Positions 49,780 through 60,037 are shown, numbered from the stretch's first letter. The stretch: 64,000 bases of DNA from an uncultured Gammaproteobacteria bacterium (GCA_964518565.1 CAZFGX010000001.1:11046-75045); one strand, 5' to 3'. Translations and numbers: made by a program. The notes: a model not told the origin generated them from the sequence alone.

Positions 49780-51069
49780 CTATAGCTTCAAAAACGCATC
49801 GTAATTTCTGGCCAACAATTGAGATTGCAAAGATTTTGTCGTTTCCAAAACTACCGACACCACAATCAATAAGCCTGTGCCTCCAAGTGACAGAGAAGGA
49901 ATTTGTAATGCCGATTGAGCAATAGCTGGTAACACCGCAATCGCGCCCAAAAACAACGCTCCAGCAAAAGTGATTCTATTCAACACGCGCGACAGATAGG
50001 CTGCAGTTGCTTCACCTGGACGAACTCCAGGAATAAATCCTCCTGATTTCTTCAAATCCTCAGAAATTTTTTCTGGATTAAACACTACTGAAGTATAAAA
50101 ATAAGTAAACGCCACCACCAAGACAAAATAGGTAATGGTATATACCGCACTGTTTGGCTGCATGACCGATACCAAATTTCGTGCCAAAGAGGCGATTTGT
50201 ACATTGGTAGATTTTTGCAAAAAATTGCCCACCAAAGAAGGCAATAGTACCAAAGATACGGCAAAGATAATCGGAATCACCCCAGCCTGATTAATACGCA
50301 GTGGTAAATGAGTGGTTTGTCCACCAATTTCTTTTCCAGCTCTAATACGTTTTGCATATTGCACCACGATATTTCTCGACGCTTCATTCATAAATACCAC
50401 CCCAGCTACCACCAACAAAGCCATGCCAATAAAGACCAACAAATTCAGTCCATTCAACGTTTCCAAAGTCGCGGCTGTTTGTCCCAATACCACTGGTAAC
50501 CGTCCGACGATACCTGCGAATATCAAAAGAGAAATACCATTGCCTACGCCATATTCAGTAATCAATTCCCCAATCCATACCGTCAACATTGTTCCTGCTG
50601 TAATTGTTGCCAGCAGTGCTACGAGATTAAGTGGGGATAATACTCCAATGACGCCTTGGTTATGGAGTAAAAAGTACATTGCAATTCCTTGTAAAATCGC
50701 AATCGGAATAGTTAACAAACGAGTATATTGATTAATAATCTCTCGGCCATACTCTCCTTCTTTAGACATCTCTTCTAGTTTAGGAAAAACCACGGTCAAC
50801 AACTGCATAATAATCGAGGCATTGATATATGGTCCAAGTCCTAAAGCTGCCAAGCTAAAATTTGCCAGTGTTCCTCCGGAAAAAACGTCTAAAAGTCCTA
50901 GTATTTGGCTACCAGAAAACAACTTTGCCAAAGCGACTCGATCAATACCTGCCACAGGAATATGGGCAATAAACCGATATGCCAACAGAAGGGCTGCGGT
51001 AAACAGCAATTTTTTGCGTAGCTCTCGCGCTCGCCAAATACTTTTCCAAAACAGAGCAAAAGATTTCAT
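49780..51069 (-). CDS. secY: Preprotein translocase subunit SecY
   Basis: 10 TM, conserved …[15 protein letters not shown]… and plug/hinge regions. Confidence 0.95.
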   Translation of the reverse strand: MKSFALFWKSIWRARELRKKLLFTAALLLAYRFIAHIPVAGIDRVALAKLFSGSQILGLLDVFSGGTLANFSLAALGLGPYINASIIMQLLTVVFPKLEEMSKEGEYGREIINQYTRLLTIPIAILQGIAMYFLLHNQGVIGVLSPLNLVALLATITAGTMLTVWIGELITEYGVGNGISLLIFAGIVGRLPVVLGQTAATLETLNGLNLLVFIGMALLVVAGVVFMNEASRNIVVQYAKRIRAGKEIGGQTTHLPLRINQAGVIPIIFAVSLVLLPSLVGNFLQKSTNVQIASLARNLVSVMQPNSAVYTITYFVLVVAFTYFYTSVVFNPEKISEDLKKSGGFIPGVRPGEATAAYLSRVLNRITFAGALFLGAIAVLPAIAQSALQIPSLSLGGTGLLIVVSVVLETTKSLQSQLLARNYDAFLKL

Positions 51070-51509
51070 TTGTGTGTCTCGATTGTACCACCAGCTGTTT
51101 CAATCGCTTTTTTTGCGCTTGCTGAAACTGGAATACTCACTTGCAAGCCATGTTTCAACGTTGCAGTACCGACAAGTTTACCTTTTTCTCCACTGCGCAG
51201 CACCCCAGCTTTGATCAAATTTTCCAGTGTTACTCCGGTTTTTTCTGGCCATTCTAGTAGTTGTTCTACAGCAATAGCAGTATATTTTTGACCCCATGGT
51301 TTAAATTTTTGTTCACCTCGAAGTGCAGGCAACTGTTTCAAGAAAGATTTTTTCCATTTAGATCCTTCAAAACTTTGTGGTACTCGCTCTCGGGCTTTTT
51401 GTCCTTTTTGACCTCGACCAGTCGTATGACCACCTTTGCCTGAACCAATACCTCGACCCACGCGCTTCAATCGGCGTTTAGTAATTTGTGGAAGTGAAGT
51501 TAGGTTCAT
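51066..51509 (-). CDS. rplO: 50S ribosomal protein L15
   Basis: …[30 protein letters not shown]…. Confidence 0.93.
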   Translation of the reverse strand: MNLTSLPQITKRRLKRVGRGIGSGKGGHTTGRGQKGQKARERVPQSFEGSKWKKSFLKQLPALRGEQKFKPWGQKYTAIAVEQLLEWPEKTGVTLENLIKAGVLRSGEKGKLVGTATLKHGLQVSIPVSASAKKAIETAGGTIETHK

Positions 51510-51970
51510 AGTTGTTTTAATCCTTCCAAGGCGGAAATGGTCGCATAAATATTAGTAATTTTATTTCGGCTACCCAAAAGTTTACCTACCACATCTTTGA
51601 TACCAGCCGCTTCAACGACTGATCGCATCGCTCCGCCTGCGATAACTCCAGAACCAGTAGGAGCTGGTTTAAGAAGTACCACAGCCGCACCATATTTTAC
51701 TTGAGTAGAGTGGGGAATTGTCGTTCCATGCATTGCGACAGTTATAAAATGTTTTTGTGCGTAGGTACTTGCTTTTCTTACTGCCGAAGACACGTCTGCC
51801 GCCTTACCTAGACCTACTCCGACTCGACCTTTGCGATCACCAACGACAACCAGTGCGGAAAAACTCATTCGGTTTCCACCTTTAGTCTTTTTACTCACGC
51901 GATTTACTTGAACCACGCGTTCATCAAATTCTTTTTCTACTGGTTGGAATTTAGTTTCGTTTCTTGGCAT
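51506..51970 (-). CDS. rpsE: 30S ribosomal protein S5
   Basis: …[38 protein letters not shown]…. Confidence 0.95.
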   Translation of the reverse strand: MPRNETKFQPVEKEFDERVVQVNRVSKKTKGGNRMSFSALVVVGDRKGRVGVGLGKAADVSSAVRKASTYAQKHFITVAMHGTTIPHSTQVKYGAAVVLLKPAPTGSGVIAGGAMRSVVEAAGIKDVVGKLLGSRNKITNIYATISALEGLKQL

Positions 51971-51979
51971 AAATAAAAA

Positions 51980-52309
51980 TTAAAATTGTAATCCTCCAGC
52001 TCTGGCAGCCTCGGCCAAAGCTTTTACTTGACCATGATATCGATAACCACCGCGATCAAAAACAATTGCTTGTACTTTATGTTTGGCTGCCAATTTAGCA
52101 ATTTCTTGTCCCACGTGTTCGCCAGTATCACCACGTAATCCTGCCAAAGTCTTTCCACTTTTTGGCTCAATAAGTTGAGCGTAAATATATTTATTAGAGC
52201 GAAACACACTCAGGCGTACCAGATCAGACGCTGTAATTTTGCCTCGCACCCGAGCCGTTCTACGGTCATGAGTGTGAGTATATCGAATAATAGAACGAAT
52301 TTTAGCCAT
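51980..52309 (-). CDS. rplR: 50S ribosomal protein L18
   Basis: …RLSVFRSNKYIYAQLIEPKSGKTLA…VFDRGGYRYHGQVKALAEAARAGGLQF. Confidence 0.93.
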   Translation of the reverse strand: MAKIRSIIRYTHTHDRRTARVRGKITASDLVRLSVFRSNKYIYAQLIEPKSGKTLAGLRGDTGEHVGQEIAKLAAKHKVQAIVFDRGGYRYHGQVKALAEAARAGGLQF

Positions 52310-52311
52310 AA

Positions 52312-52851
52312 TTATTTACCTCCTGCGCCACCAGCCTTTGCTGCTTTACCAGCTTTGCGTACAATGACTTCATCATCGTATTTAAATCCCTTTGCTTTAT
52401 ATGGATCAGCCGGACGCAAGGCTCTTATTTTAGCAGCTGTCTGACCAACCTGCACCTTGTCTGTCCCTAGCACGGTAATTTTATTTTCTTTCACTTCAAA
52501 ACGAATTCCTTCTGGAGCCTGCACACTTACCGGATGAGATAGTCCCAAGGCCAATTGCAGATTACTACCCGAAACAGTCGCCCGGTAACCAGTTCCGTTC
52601 AATTCCAAGGTTCGAGTCCAGCCATTTGTTACACCTAGCATGGCATTGCGAATGTTTGCCGCAGCTGTGCCTTGCAGCATACTATTCTCTGATACAACTT
52701 TTACTCCAGATTCATCAATGTCCAATTTAACCTCTTCTGGAAGTTGTAAATTCAAGGTCCCTTTTGAACCTTGAATTGTTACTTTACCATCGGCAACAGT
52801 AACCGAAACTCCTTGAGCCAGTAATAGAGGTTTTTTTGCCATTCGTGACAT
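52312..52851 (-). CDS. rplF: 50S ribosomal protein L6
   Basis: MSRMAKKPLLLAQGVSVTVADGKVTIQGSKGTL… two L6 repeats. Confidence 0.95.
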   Translation of the reverse strand: MSRMAKKPLLLAQGVSVTVADGKVTIQGSKGTLNLQLPEEVKLDIDESGVKVVSENSMLQGTAAANIRNAMLGVTNGWTRTLELNGTGYRATVSGSNLQLALGLSHPVSVQAPEGIRFEVKENKITVLGTDKVQVGQTAAKIRALRPADPYKAKGFKYDDEVIVRKAGKAAKAGGAGGK

Positions 52852-52855
52852 AGAT

Positions 52856-53236
52856 TTACCAAACTTGGGCGATCAGTTCGCCGCCACAATGTAACTTTCT
52901 TGCGTCTTTGTCAGTCATGACACCTTGAGGTGTAGACAAAATATGCATCCCCAATCCCCCCCAAACGCGAGGCAGATCTTTATATCCTGCATAAATCCGT
53001 GCTCCTGGCTTACTCACCCGTTTAATACCTGAAATAGCTGGTTTGGCTTTAGTATATTTCAGTGTTACCGTCATAACTTGACCTTCAGTTGTGTAGCCTT
53101 GCAAATAGCCAGCCTTAACCAATACATCAGCAAATCGTTGTACTGCACGAGTAGACACCGCTTCGATTGTGGGCAAGTTTGCCTGATAACCGTTCCGGAT
53201 TCGAGTTACAAAATCTGATAAATGATCGCTTACCAT
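52856..53236 (-). CDS. rpsH: 30S ribosomal protein S8
   Basis: …[17 protein letters not shown]…[33 protein letters not shown]. Confidence 0.95.
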   Translation of the reverse strand: MVSDHLSDFVTRIRNGYQANLPTIEAVSTRAVQRFADVLVKAGYLQGYTTEGQVMTVTLKYTKAKPAISGIKRVSKPGARIYAGYKDLPRVWGGLGMHILSTPQGVMTDKDARKLHCGGELIAQVW

Positions 53237-53418
53237 GATGCTTTACGTATTCCAGGTAACTCCCCCTTGTTAGCTAATTCACGGAAACAAAGTCGGCAAA
53301 TGCCAAACATCCGCATATAACTTCGGGGTCTGCCACACAATTGACAGCGGTTTCGAAAACGAACCGCATATTTTAATTTATGATGTGTCTGTCGAACTAC
53401 TTTTGATGTTTTTGCCAT
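53230..53418 (-). CDS. rpsN: 30S ribosomal protein S14 type Z (zinc-binding)
   Basis: 61 aa, CQLCGRPRS…CRLCFRE Cys4. Confidence 0.93.
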   Translation of the reverse strand: MAKTSKVVRQTHHKLKYAVRFRNRCQLCGRPRSYMRMFGICRLCFRELANKGELPGIRKASW

Positions 53419-53421
53419 AGA

Positions 53422-53961
53422 TTAAGCTTTTTTAAACGGCATACCCAATAACTCCAAAAAGCGTTTTGTCATTTTAGCATCTGATCCGGTTTGCACAAAT
53501 GTAATTTCCAAACCGCGAATTTTATCAATTTTAGAATATTCGATCTCTGGAAACACGATCTGTTCAGCTAGTCCCAAAGTGTAATTGCCTTTTTTATCAA
53601 ATGCCGTCAAAGAAACGCCTTGAAAATCGCGTACCCGAGGTAGAGCAATAGTAAACAATTTAGTAATAAAATCTTGCATCCGTTGTCCTCGGAGTGTCAC
53701 AGTCAGTCCGACCGGTGATCCTTCTCGTAATTTAAAATTAGCAATAGATTTTTTTGCCCGGGTCACCTTAGGTTTTTGGCCTGCAATGTCCACCAGCCAT
53801 GAGTTTACTTTTTCTAGTACACCTTTATCGTTGGCTGCTTCTTTTAAACCAATATTAATGACTACTTTAGTCAGTCGTGGTACGGCCATGACATTAGTAA
53901 TCCCAAACTCTTTCATCAGAGTTGGAGTGATAGTTTTAGAATAGTCTTGTGCAAAACTCAT
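53422..53961 (-). CDS. rplE: 50S ribosomal protein L5
   Basis: …PRLTKVVINIGLKEA…FPEIEYSKIDKIRGLEITFVQT…. Confidence 0.95.
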   Translation of the reverse strand: MSFAQDYSKTITPTLMKEFGITNVMAVPRLTKVVINIGLKEAANDKGVLEKVNSWLVDIAGQKPKVTRAKKSIANFKLREGSPVGLTVTLRGQRMQDFITKLFTIALPRVRDFQGVSLTAFDKKGNYTLGLAEQIVFPEIEYSKIDKIRGLEITFVQTGSDAKMTKRFLELLGMPFKKA

Positions 53962-53969
53962 AAAATAAT

Positions 53970-54305
53970 TTAAGAAATAACTGCCTTACATTTTCGGCAA
54001 ATGCGAACTTTTTTATCGCCTTCAGTCATGTAGCCCACTCGAGTCGCTACTTTACAACTTGGGCATACCAGCGCCACCTTGGCAATGTCCAAAGCGCGAG
54101 TCAGCGTGACAATGTCTCCTTGTCGATCGCCTTGAGGTTTTACATGCTTTTTGTATTGGTTTACACCAACCACTAAAACCTTTCGTCCTTTAGGAAAGAC
54201 TTTTTCGATTTTTTCTTGTCGACCTTTGTCTTTTCCGGCTGTAACGATCACAGTATCTCCTTTACGGAGTTTTATATGATTGATAGTTGGAATAAGTGTG
54301 TTCAT
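53970..54305 (-). CDS. rplX: 50S ribosomal protein L24 with cysteine-containing C-terminus (CPSC…CRKC)
   Basis: KOW motif [25 protein letters not shown]; C-terminal [34 protein letters not shown]. Confidence 0.9.
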   Translation of the reverse strand: MNTLIPTINHIKLRKGDTVIVTAGKDKGRQEKIEKVFPKGRKVLVVGVNQYKKHVKPQGDRQGDIVTLTRALDIAKVALVCPSCKVATRVGYMTEGDKKVRICRKCKAVIS

Positions 54306-54673
54306 AAAACTTCAGGTGCTAAAGATGCAATTTTGGCAAAACCTTTTTCTTTGACTTCTCGAGCAATGGGTCCAAATATTCGGCTGCCTCTTGGGTCATG
54401 ACTTTTTGGATCAATAACCACAGCCGCGTTGTCATCAAATCGAATATAGCTGCCATCTTTTCGTCCAGTTTCTTTTCTGGTGCGAACAATAACTGCTTTG
54501 ACAACTTCCGAATCTTTTACTACGCCATTTGGGTCTGCTTGATCCACAACTGCGGTCACAATGTCTCCGACATATGCGTATTTACGCTTCCATGCGCCTG
54601 GAATATGAATCAGTCGCAGCTTTTTTGCTCCGCAATTATCAGCTGGAACAAGGATAGATCGTAGTTGTAACAT
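54302..54673 (-). CDS. rplN: 50S ribosomal protein L14
   Basis: [26 protein letters not shown]…. Confidence 0.95.
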   Translation of the reverse strand: MLQLRSILVPADNCGAKKLRLIHIPGAWKRKYAYVGDIVTAVVDQADPNGVVKDSEVVKAVIVRTRKETGRKDGSYIRFDDNAAVVIDPKSHDPRGSRIFGPIAREVKEKGFAKIASLAPEVL

Positions 54674-54676
54674 AAA

Positions 54677-55024
54677 TTATGCTTTTGGTGTTTTTTTAAC
54701 AGCTGGTTTCTTGGCTCGAACAGGTTTTTTAGCTTCTACTGGCTTGGCTGGTTGTTCGTTATTTGCTGCTGCTACTGTCATGGTAGGTACGTCTTTTTGC
54801 CCAACAATTTTTACTGTCTTCCAAAACTTTGTTTTTGAAATTGGTCTGGTTTGGACCAGTTCTACTGTATTACCAATCTTGGCTCCTAATTCATCGTGGA
54901 CATGATATTTTTTAGTACGACGTAATCGCTTGTGATACAAAGGGTGCGCCATAAAGCGTTCCACTTCAACCACAACCGTGTTGGTCATTTTATCTGAGAC
55001 AACGATACCTTTAATAGTTTTCAT
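54677..55024 (-). CDS. rpsQ: 30S ribosomal protein S17 with Lys/Ala/Pro-rich C-terminal extension
   Basis: …TIKGIVVSDKMTNTVVVEVERFMAHPLYHKRLRRTKKYHVHDE… plus about 35 aa basic tail. Confidence 0.93.
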   Translation of the reverse strand: MKTIKGIVVSDKMTNTVVVEVERFMAHPLYHKRLRRTKKYHVHDELGAKIGNTVELVQTRPISKTKFWKTVKIVGQKDVPTMTVAAANNEQPAKPVEAKKPVRAKKPAVKKTPKA

Positions 55025-55040
55025 AAAAAATTACACTATA

Positions 55041-55301
55041 TTATACCTTTTTTTGGCTTAAAATGGTTAATATTTTAGCTAATTGCTTTCTCAACAAGAA
55101 ATTTTTCCGAGTATTTTTCTCTTTGCCGGAAAAATATGCCACTCGGTTAGCATACATTTCTGTCCGAATTCGACCCATATCAGCCTGCAATTCAGACACG
55201 GTCCAATCCTGGAGCCGTACTGCTGGTGTCTTTTTTGCTTTTTCAGCTACCACAGGCGTGGTTTTGACAGATTTTGATGATGTTGGTTTTTTAGTAGCCA
55301 T
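55041..55301 (-). CDS. rpmC: 50S ribosomal protein L29 with basic N-terminal extension
   Basis: …LQDWTVSELQADMGRIRTEMYANRVAYFSGKEKNTRKNFLLRKQLAKILTIL…. Confidence 0.85.
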   Translation of the reverse strand: MATKKPTSSKSVKTTPVVAEKAKKTPAVRLQDWTVSELQADMGRIRTEMYANRVAYFSGKEKNTRKNFLLRKQLAKILTILSQKKV

Positions 55302-55303
55302 AA

Positions 55304-55708
55304 TTATTTTGCAACCGTAATAGTTTTAACAGGTAACTTTGCTGCCGCTCGAGTAAAAGCCAATTTAGCAATTTCTGGAGTAACACCAGCAATCTCAAAC
55401 AAAATTCGGCCTGGCAATATCGGCACGACGTATTCGTGAATATCGCCCTTACCAGAACCCATACGAGTTCCGAGTGCCTTTTTGGTAATTGGCTTATCTG
55501 GAAATACCATGATCCACACTTTTCCTCCGCGTTGAGCGTGACGAGAAATAGCTTTTCGAGCCGATTCGATTTGTCTAGATGACACCCAGCCGTGTTCAGT
55601 AGCCTTGAGTCCAAATTCACCAAAACTCACACTAGCTCCTCGCCAGGAAGTCCCGGTCATTCGTCCACGGAATTGCTTTCGGTGTTTTTGGCGGCGTGGT
55701 TGTAACAT
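55304..55708 (-). CDS. rplP: 50S ribosomal protein L16
   Basis: [19 protein letters not shown]…. Confidence 0.95.
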   Translation of the reverse strand: MLQPRRQKHRKQFRGRMTGTSWRGASVSFGEFGLKATEHGWVSSRQIESARKAISRHAQRGGKVWIMVFPDKPITKKALGTRMGSGKGDIHEYVVPILPGRILFEIAGVTPEIAKLAFTRAAAKLPVKTITVAK

Positions 55709-55709
55709 A

Positions 55710-56372
55710 TTAGTTCACTTTCTCCCCTCGGTGAATCCAAACTTTAACTCCAACATATCCAGATCGGGTCAATGCGGGCACATGAGCGTAATCTACATCT
55801 GCTCGCAATGTTTGCAAAGGCACAGATCCTTGATGATATTTCTCTCGTCGGGCGATTTCTGCTCCGCCTACCCGCCCAGACAACAAGATTTTGATACCTT
55901 TTGCTCCAGCAGACATACTTCGTTCCATCGTTTTTGTTACTACACGTCGAGCTGGAATACGTCGTACTAACTGCTCGGCAATTTTGGTTCCTACCAAATA
56001 TGCTGACAAATCAGGCTCCTTGACTTCTTCGACTTGTAGATCGATTCGTGGCGCAGATTTATCTCCGGGTTTTACTTCAATAGTTTGATAAATAAATCGT
56101 TTAAGATCTTCAAGTCCCGATCCGCCTCGCCCAATAACTACTCCAGGTCGAGTAACAAACACAATGACTCGCATACTTCGCAATGATCGTTCAATATCTA
56201 CTCGAATAACCCCAGCTGCAGTCAGTCGTTTTGTTAGGGCTTTACGCAGTTTAATATCTGCAGCCAAATAAGCCGTATAGCGTCGTGGATCAGTGGTGAA
56301 CCATCGAGATCTCCACATTTGCATCTGATGCAAGGGGAGTCGAAATGCGAGTGGATTTACTTTTTGCCCCAT
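55710..56372 (-). CDS. rpsC: 30S ribosomal protein S3
   Basis: MGQKVNPLAFRL…, KH domain, …ARREKYHQGSVPLQTLRADVDYA…. Confidence 0.95.
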   Translation of the reverse strand: MGQKVNPLAFRLPLHQMQMWRSRWFTTDPRRYTAYLAADIKLRKALTKRLTAAGVIRVDIERSLRSMRVIVFVTRPGVVIGRGGSGLEDLKRFIYQTIEVKPGDKSAPRIDLQVEEVKEPDLSAYLVGTKIAEQLVRRIPARRVVTKTMERSMSAGAKGIKILLSGRVGGAEIARREKYHQGSVPLQTLRADVDYAHVPALTRSGYVGVKVWIHRGEKVN

Positions 56373-56373
56373 A

Positions 56374-56793
56374 TTAGTTTTTTGGTTGTGAAATAACTTC
56401 AGGTTCTACTGCAGCAGTTTCAGATGGAGCCGCAGGCTTTGGTGCCAAAATAAGTGTTACGTGCGAATATTTGCGTCGGCGAATACCCCGATTGAATCGT
56501 GCACCGTGAGAGTGAACATCAGCTTTTTTTGGCCCTCGTGCACCTTCTTCGACCAGCAATGTTTCAGTTTGCATATCAGTAGGAGACAGTCGGAAATTAT
56601 TTTTCGCATTTCCTAAGCCTTGCAAATAGACCTTAAGCATAGTTTTAGCTCCTCGTTGTGGCATGGTGCGTAGATAATCAACCGCTCTCAATGGAGGTAG
56701 TGGACGTACGGCGTCAGCAATCAGTCGCAACTTCCGCGGTGAGTGTTGCACCATAGATGCTTTGGCTACAATATGTTGAGTAGATGATTTCAT
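56374..56793 (-). CDS. rplV: 50S ribosomal protein L22 with C-terminal extension
   Basis: …SPRKLRLIADAVRP…AVDYLRTMPQRGAKTMLKVYLQGLGNAKNNF…; start chosen at MKSSTQH to avoid overlap with rpsS. Confidence 0.9.
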   Translation of the reverse strand: MKSSTQHIVAKASMVQHSPRKLRLIADAVRPLPPLRAVDYLRTMPQRGAKTMLKVYLQGLGNAKNNFRLSPTDMQTETLLVEEGARGPKKADVHSHGARFNRGIRRRKYSHVTLILAPKPAAPSETAAVEPEVISQPKN

Positions 56794-56797
56794 AGTA

Positions 56798-57082
56798 TTA
56801 AGTCTTATCCATGGTGCGCTTAACCACCGCTCCATGGCCTCTAAATGTTCGAGTAGGTGCAAACTCTCCTAGTCTGTGACCAACCATCGTTTCAGTCACA
56901 AATACATCGACAAATTTATTGCCAGTATGAACTTGGAAGGTATATCCCACAAATTCGGGTGAAATCTGACTTGCCCGTGACCAGGTTTTGATGGGGGTTT
57001 TTTTACCCACAGCAACCTGCTTGGCAACTTTCGCTGTCAGTCGTTCATCGACAAATGGTCCTTTTTTTGAGCTTCTAGCCAT
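56798..57082 (-). CDS. rpsS: 30S ribosomal protein S19
   Basis: [15 protein letters not shown]…[17 protein letters not shown]. Confidence 0.95.
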   Translation of the reverse strand: MARSSKKGPFVDERLTAKVAKQVAVGKKTPIKTWSRASQISPEFVGYTFQVHTGNKFVDVFVTETMVGHRLGEFAPTRTFRGHGAVVKRTMDKT

Positions 57083-57083
57083 A

Positions 57084-57929
57084 TTATGCGTTGTGTCTAG
57101 ATTTAACTATATAAAAACTTGAACGTTTTCGCTTACTTCTGGTACGCGTACCTCGAGCAGACTTACCCCATGGGGTTTTAGGATGCATACCTTCACCAGT
57201 CCGGCCTTCACCTCCACCGTGTGGATGTGAACCTGGGTGTTGAGCAGTTCCGCGGACAGTTGGTCGGATTCCGTATCGGCGAGCTCGACCAGCTTTACCT
57301 AAATTAACGTTCTTCCAGTCAATTGCTCCGACTTGGCCAATAGTGGCACGGCAGGTTGGTTCAAATCGTCGAATTTCTCCAGAAGGCAATTTTACCAGAG
57401 CATAGGCTTCTTCAAAACCCATCAATGTAGCCGCAGTTCCAGCGCCACGTACCATTTGAGCCCCCTTACCTGGCACCAGCTCCAAATTATGTACCAAGGT
57501 TCCGACTGGAATTTGTGACAACATCAAAGCATTTCCCACAGACAGTGGTGCACTTTCACCACTCATCACGCTTGCGCCTACTTGTAAGCCCTCTGGTGCC
57601 AAGATATAGCGTTTTTCTCCATCACCATACTGTACCAGGGCAATATGCGCAGTGCGATTTGGGTCATATTCTAGTGACAAAACTGTCCCTGGCATATCCA
57701 GTTTTTCTCGTTTCCAATCAATATCTCGATAAAAACGCTTTTGTCGACCTCCTTGATGACGAGTAGTAACAATACCTGTTGCATTTCTTCCAGATCTCTT
57801 TGGCAAAATCCATGCCAAGCCTTTTTCAGATCGGCGTGCAGTCAAATCTGAATAATCCAGCGTTGCTGCTAATCGCATAGATGGGTTGAGTGGTCGGTAT
57901 GTTTTGAGTGCCATATTAGTTTGTTTCAA
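57084..57929 (-). CDS. rplB: 50S ribosomal protein L2
   Basis: …[22 protein letters not shown]…[14 protein letters not shown]…. Confidence 0.97.
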   Translation of the reverse strand: MKQTNMALKTYRPLNPSMRLAATLDYSDLTARRSEKGLAWILPKRSGRNATGIVTTRHQGGRQKRFYRDIDWKREKLDMPGTVLSLEYDPNRTAHIALVQYGDGEKRYILAPEGLQVGASVMSGESAPLSVGNALMLSQIPVGTLVHNLELVPGKGAQMVRGAGTAATLMGFEEAYALVKLPSGEIRRFEPTCRATIGQVGAIDWKNVNLGKAGRARRYGIRPTVRGTAQHPGSHPHGGGEGRTGEGMHPKTPWGKSARGTRTRSKRKRSSFYIVKSRHNA

Positions 57930-58209
57930 ATAAGTCTATTTTTTGACCTTGTTTTAATTGCACAATTGCTTTTTTCCAGTCTGGATTATAAACAAATTTC
58001 CAGCGTCGGCCAGTACGTCGTTCTTTGCCAGGGACGATCGCTGTAGAAATGCCTATTACGTTCACCTGAAAAAGTCGTTCAATTTCTTTGCGAATTTCAG
58101 GTTTGCGCATTCGTGCCGGCACAGCAAAAGTATATTTGCCTACCTTGGCTACTTTTAACGATTGTTCAGTGATAAGTGGTTTAAGCATAGAGTTTTTTGA
58201 TTTGATCAA
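57916..58209 (-). CDS. rplW: 50S ribosomal protein L23
   Basis: …LLKPLITEQSLKVAKVGKYTFAVPARMRKPEIRKEIERLFQVNV…. Confidence 0.93.
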   Translation of the reverse strand: MIKSKNSMLKPLITEQSLKVAKVGKYTFAVPARMRKPEIRKEIERLFQVNVIGISTAIVPGKERRTGRRWKFVYNPDWKKAIVQLKQGQKIDLFETN

Positions 58210-58804
58210 TAGATGATTTGGTCAATACAATGGTCGAATGTCCCAATATGGCTTGCACATGGAGCCGGTTTGTCTGCAAAACATTCACACGAGCCAGGTT
58301 TCGAAATGCTCGGGAAATTTCTTTTTGTTCCGGTGTTGCTACAATCAAAGCACTCCCTTTTGCCTGTATCCCTTTTATAAATGCTGCAGCCTCTTTAGAC
58401 TTTGAAATTGAAGCTGAATCATCCAGAACTACCACATGTTTTTCGTGAGCTTGCAAAGATAGTGCTCCCAAAATAGCCTTTTTAGTCATAGGTTTTGACA
58501 AACTTCGGCGGAAATTTTGTTGGCCATCTGGTCCATGAGCTACACCTCCACCGACAAAAATTGGCGCCGCATAAGAGCCATGGCGAGCATTTCCAGTCCC
58601 TTTTTGTTTAAACATTTTTGCAGTAGTTTTGTTTACATCAGTTCTGGTTTTTGTTTTGGCCCCAGCTTTGCGTTGGTTCATCAGATACACACGAACTGCT
58701 TGAGCTAACAATTCAGGAGCGGTCATGACCTCAAATACTTCCTTTGGTAAGGCCATTTTCTCTCCTTCTGTTCCAGTAGTAGTAAAAGTTTTTACATTGG
58801 TCAT
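58181..58804 (-). CDS. rplD: 50S ribosomal protein L4
   Basis: …FKQKGTGNARHGSYAAPIFVGGGVAHGP…. Confidence 0.95.
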   Translation of the reverse strand: MTNVKTFTTTGTEGEKMALPKEVFEVMTAPELLAQAVRVYLMNQRKAGAKTKTRTDVNKTTAKMFKQKGTGNARHGSYAAPIFVGGGVAHGPDGQQNFRRSLSKPMTKKAILGALSLQAHEKHVVVLDDSASISKSKEAAAFIKGIQAKGSALIVATPEQKEISRAFRNLARVNVLQTNRLHVQAILGHSTIVLTKSSIDQIKKLYA

Positions 58805-59361
58805 ACTTTTGTCAGCCGCAATAGTCCAGATTTTTTATTTCCTGGAACAGATCCAATAACTGATATAGATCGTTTTTCTGCATCAATACTCAAGATTTTG
58901 ACACCCTTCATGGTAATAGTATCTACACCTTTATGACCTGCTCGGCGCTTTCCTTTATATACTCGACCTGGAGTCATGTTGGATCCAGAACTTCCTGGCG
59001 CTCGTTCTCGATCAGAAGTACCGTGGGTTCGGGGTCCACCTTTAAAATGATGTCGTTTGACGACACCGGTAAAGCCTCTTCCTTTAGAAATTCCAGTCAG
59101 TTGGACCACATCGCCCACTTTCAATACTTCATCAAACTTAATTTCTGTTCCAGTTTCTACGGTTTCGTCAGTTCGAATCTCGCGCAGCACTGTCTTCTTG
59201 CCCCCAATTTCTACTCGTACCGCAGCATATCCATGCTTATCTGCTACTCGTAGATCTTTTACTTTCATAGTCGGCACCGACAAAATCGTCACCCCAACGC
59301 GGTTACCAGCTTCGGTAAATGCCGCACTCATGGCGACTTTGTTAGCAAAAATAGTATTCAT
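58801..59361 (-). CDS. rplC: 50S ribosomal protein L3
   Basis: …ISKGRGFTGVVKRHHFKGGPRTHGTSDRERAPGS…. Confidence 0.95.
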   Translation of the reverse strand: MNTIFANKVAMSAAFTEAGNRVGVTILSVPTMKVKDLRVADKHGYAAVRVEIGGKKTVLREIRTDETVETGTEIKFDEVLKVGDVVQLTGISKGRGFTGVVKRHHFKGGPRTHGTSDRERAPGSSGSNMTPGRVYKGKRRAGHKGVDTITMKGVKILSIDAEKRSISVIGSVPGNKKSGLLRLTKV

Positions 59362-59387
59362 AAAATAAAAAAGGCGCTTTTCGCGCC
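59362..59387 (-). terminator. Intrinsic terminator/attenuator-like hairpin between small ORF and rplC (minus strand)
   Basis: Minus strand GGCGC-GAAAA-GCGCC followed by TTTTTTATTTTA. Confidence 0.5.
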
Positions 59388-59502
59388 ACAGTATTAATTT
59401 CTAATAATGTAGCCTGCAAACCGTAATGAGCGCTAATTCAGGCAATTCTCTCCGCTCAAAACTTGACCGATTCTACCACACCCCAGCTATGCAGGCAAAT
59501 GA

Positions 59503-59721
59503 CTACGCCTCGGCTTTTTTCAAAGCACTGGAAATATGATCGGATTTTTGTTGTTCATAGGCCACCAAATCTGAGGCCTGTTGGACTGTTAGGTTATCAA
59601 TTCCGTGTTTTTTTACTGCCGCTGCCGCTTCAGAAGCTTTGGCATACAGCTCTTTATCAAAAGGCCGCTTACTCTTTGCAAATACGGTATAAGCCAAATG
59701 TGCTCGTTCTTTTAAACTCAT
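59503..59721 (-). CDS. Hypothetical small helical protein (72 aa) inserted between rpsJ and rplC
   Basis: Clean ORF in same orientation as the S10 operon, 7 nt downstream of rpsJ stop; Ala/Lys-rich; no known motif. Confidence 0.4.
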   Translation of the reverse strand: MSLKERAHLAYTVFAKSKRPFDKELYAKASEAAAAVKKHGIDNLTVQQASDLVAYEQQKSDHISSALKKAEA

Positions 59722-59728
59722 ATACTCC

Positions 59729-60037
59729 TTACATCTTTACTTCAATATCAACACCGGCTGGCAATTCCATTCGAGACAAAGCGTCAATAGTTTTATCAGT
59801 TGGGTCCACGATATCAATCAAACGCTTGTGAACCAGCATTTCATAATGATTTCGAGCGTTTTTGTCCACATGAGGAGAAGTAGTCACCGTAACGATTTTT
59901 CTATCAGTCGGAAGAGGAACTGGGCCAATGACTTTAGCTCCAGTGGTTATGGCTGTATCCAATATCTTAGCCGCCGCCTCGTCTATGACGCGGTGGTCGA
60001 AGGATTTGAGTCTGACACGTAGTCTGCCTTTAGCCAT
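59729..60037 (-). CDS. rpsJ: 30S ribosomal protein S10
   Basis: …LRVRLKSFDHRVIDEAAAKILDTAITTGAKVIGPVPLPTDRKIVTVTTSPHVDK…. Confidence 0.97.
   Translation of the reverse strand: MAKGRLRVRLKSFDHRVIDEAAAKILDTAITTGAKVIGPVPLPTDRKIVTVTTSPHVDKNARNHYEMLVHKRLIDIVDPTDKTIDALSRMELPAGVDIEVKM

Noticed and set aside
51506-51509. Possible assembly gap explaining missing L30 between rpsE and rplO
   Set aside because: rpsE and rplO overlap by 4 nt, so the absence is genuine in this sequence, consistent with known L30 loss in CPR.
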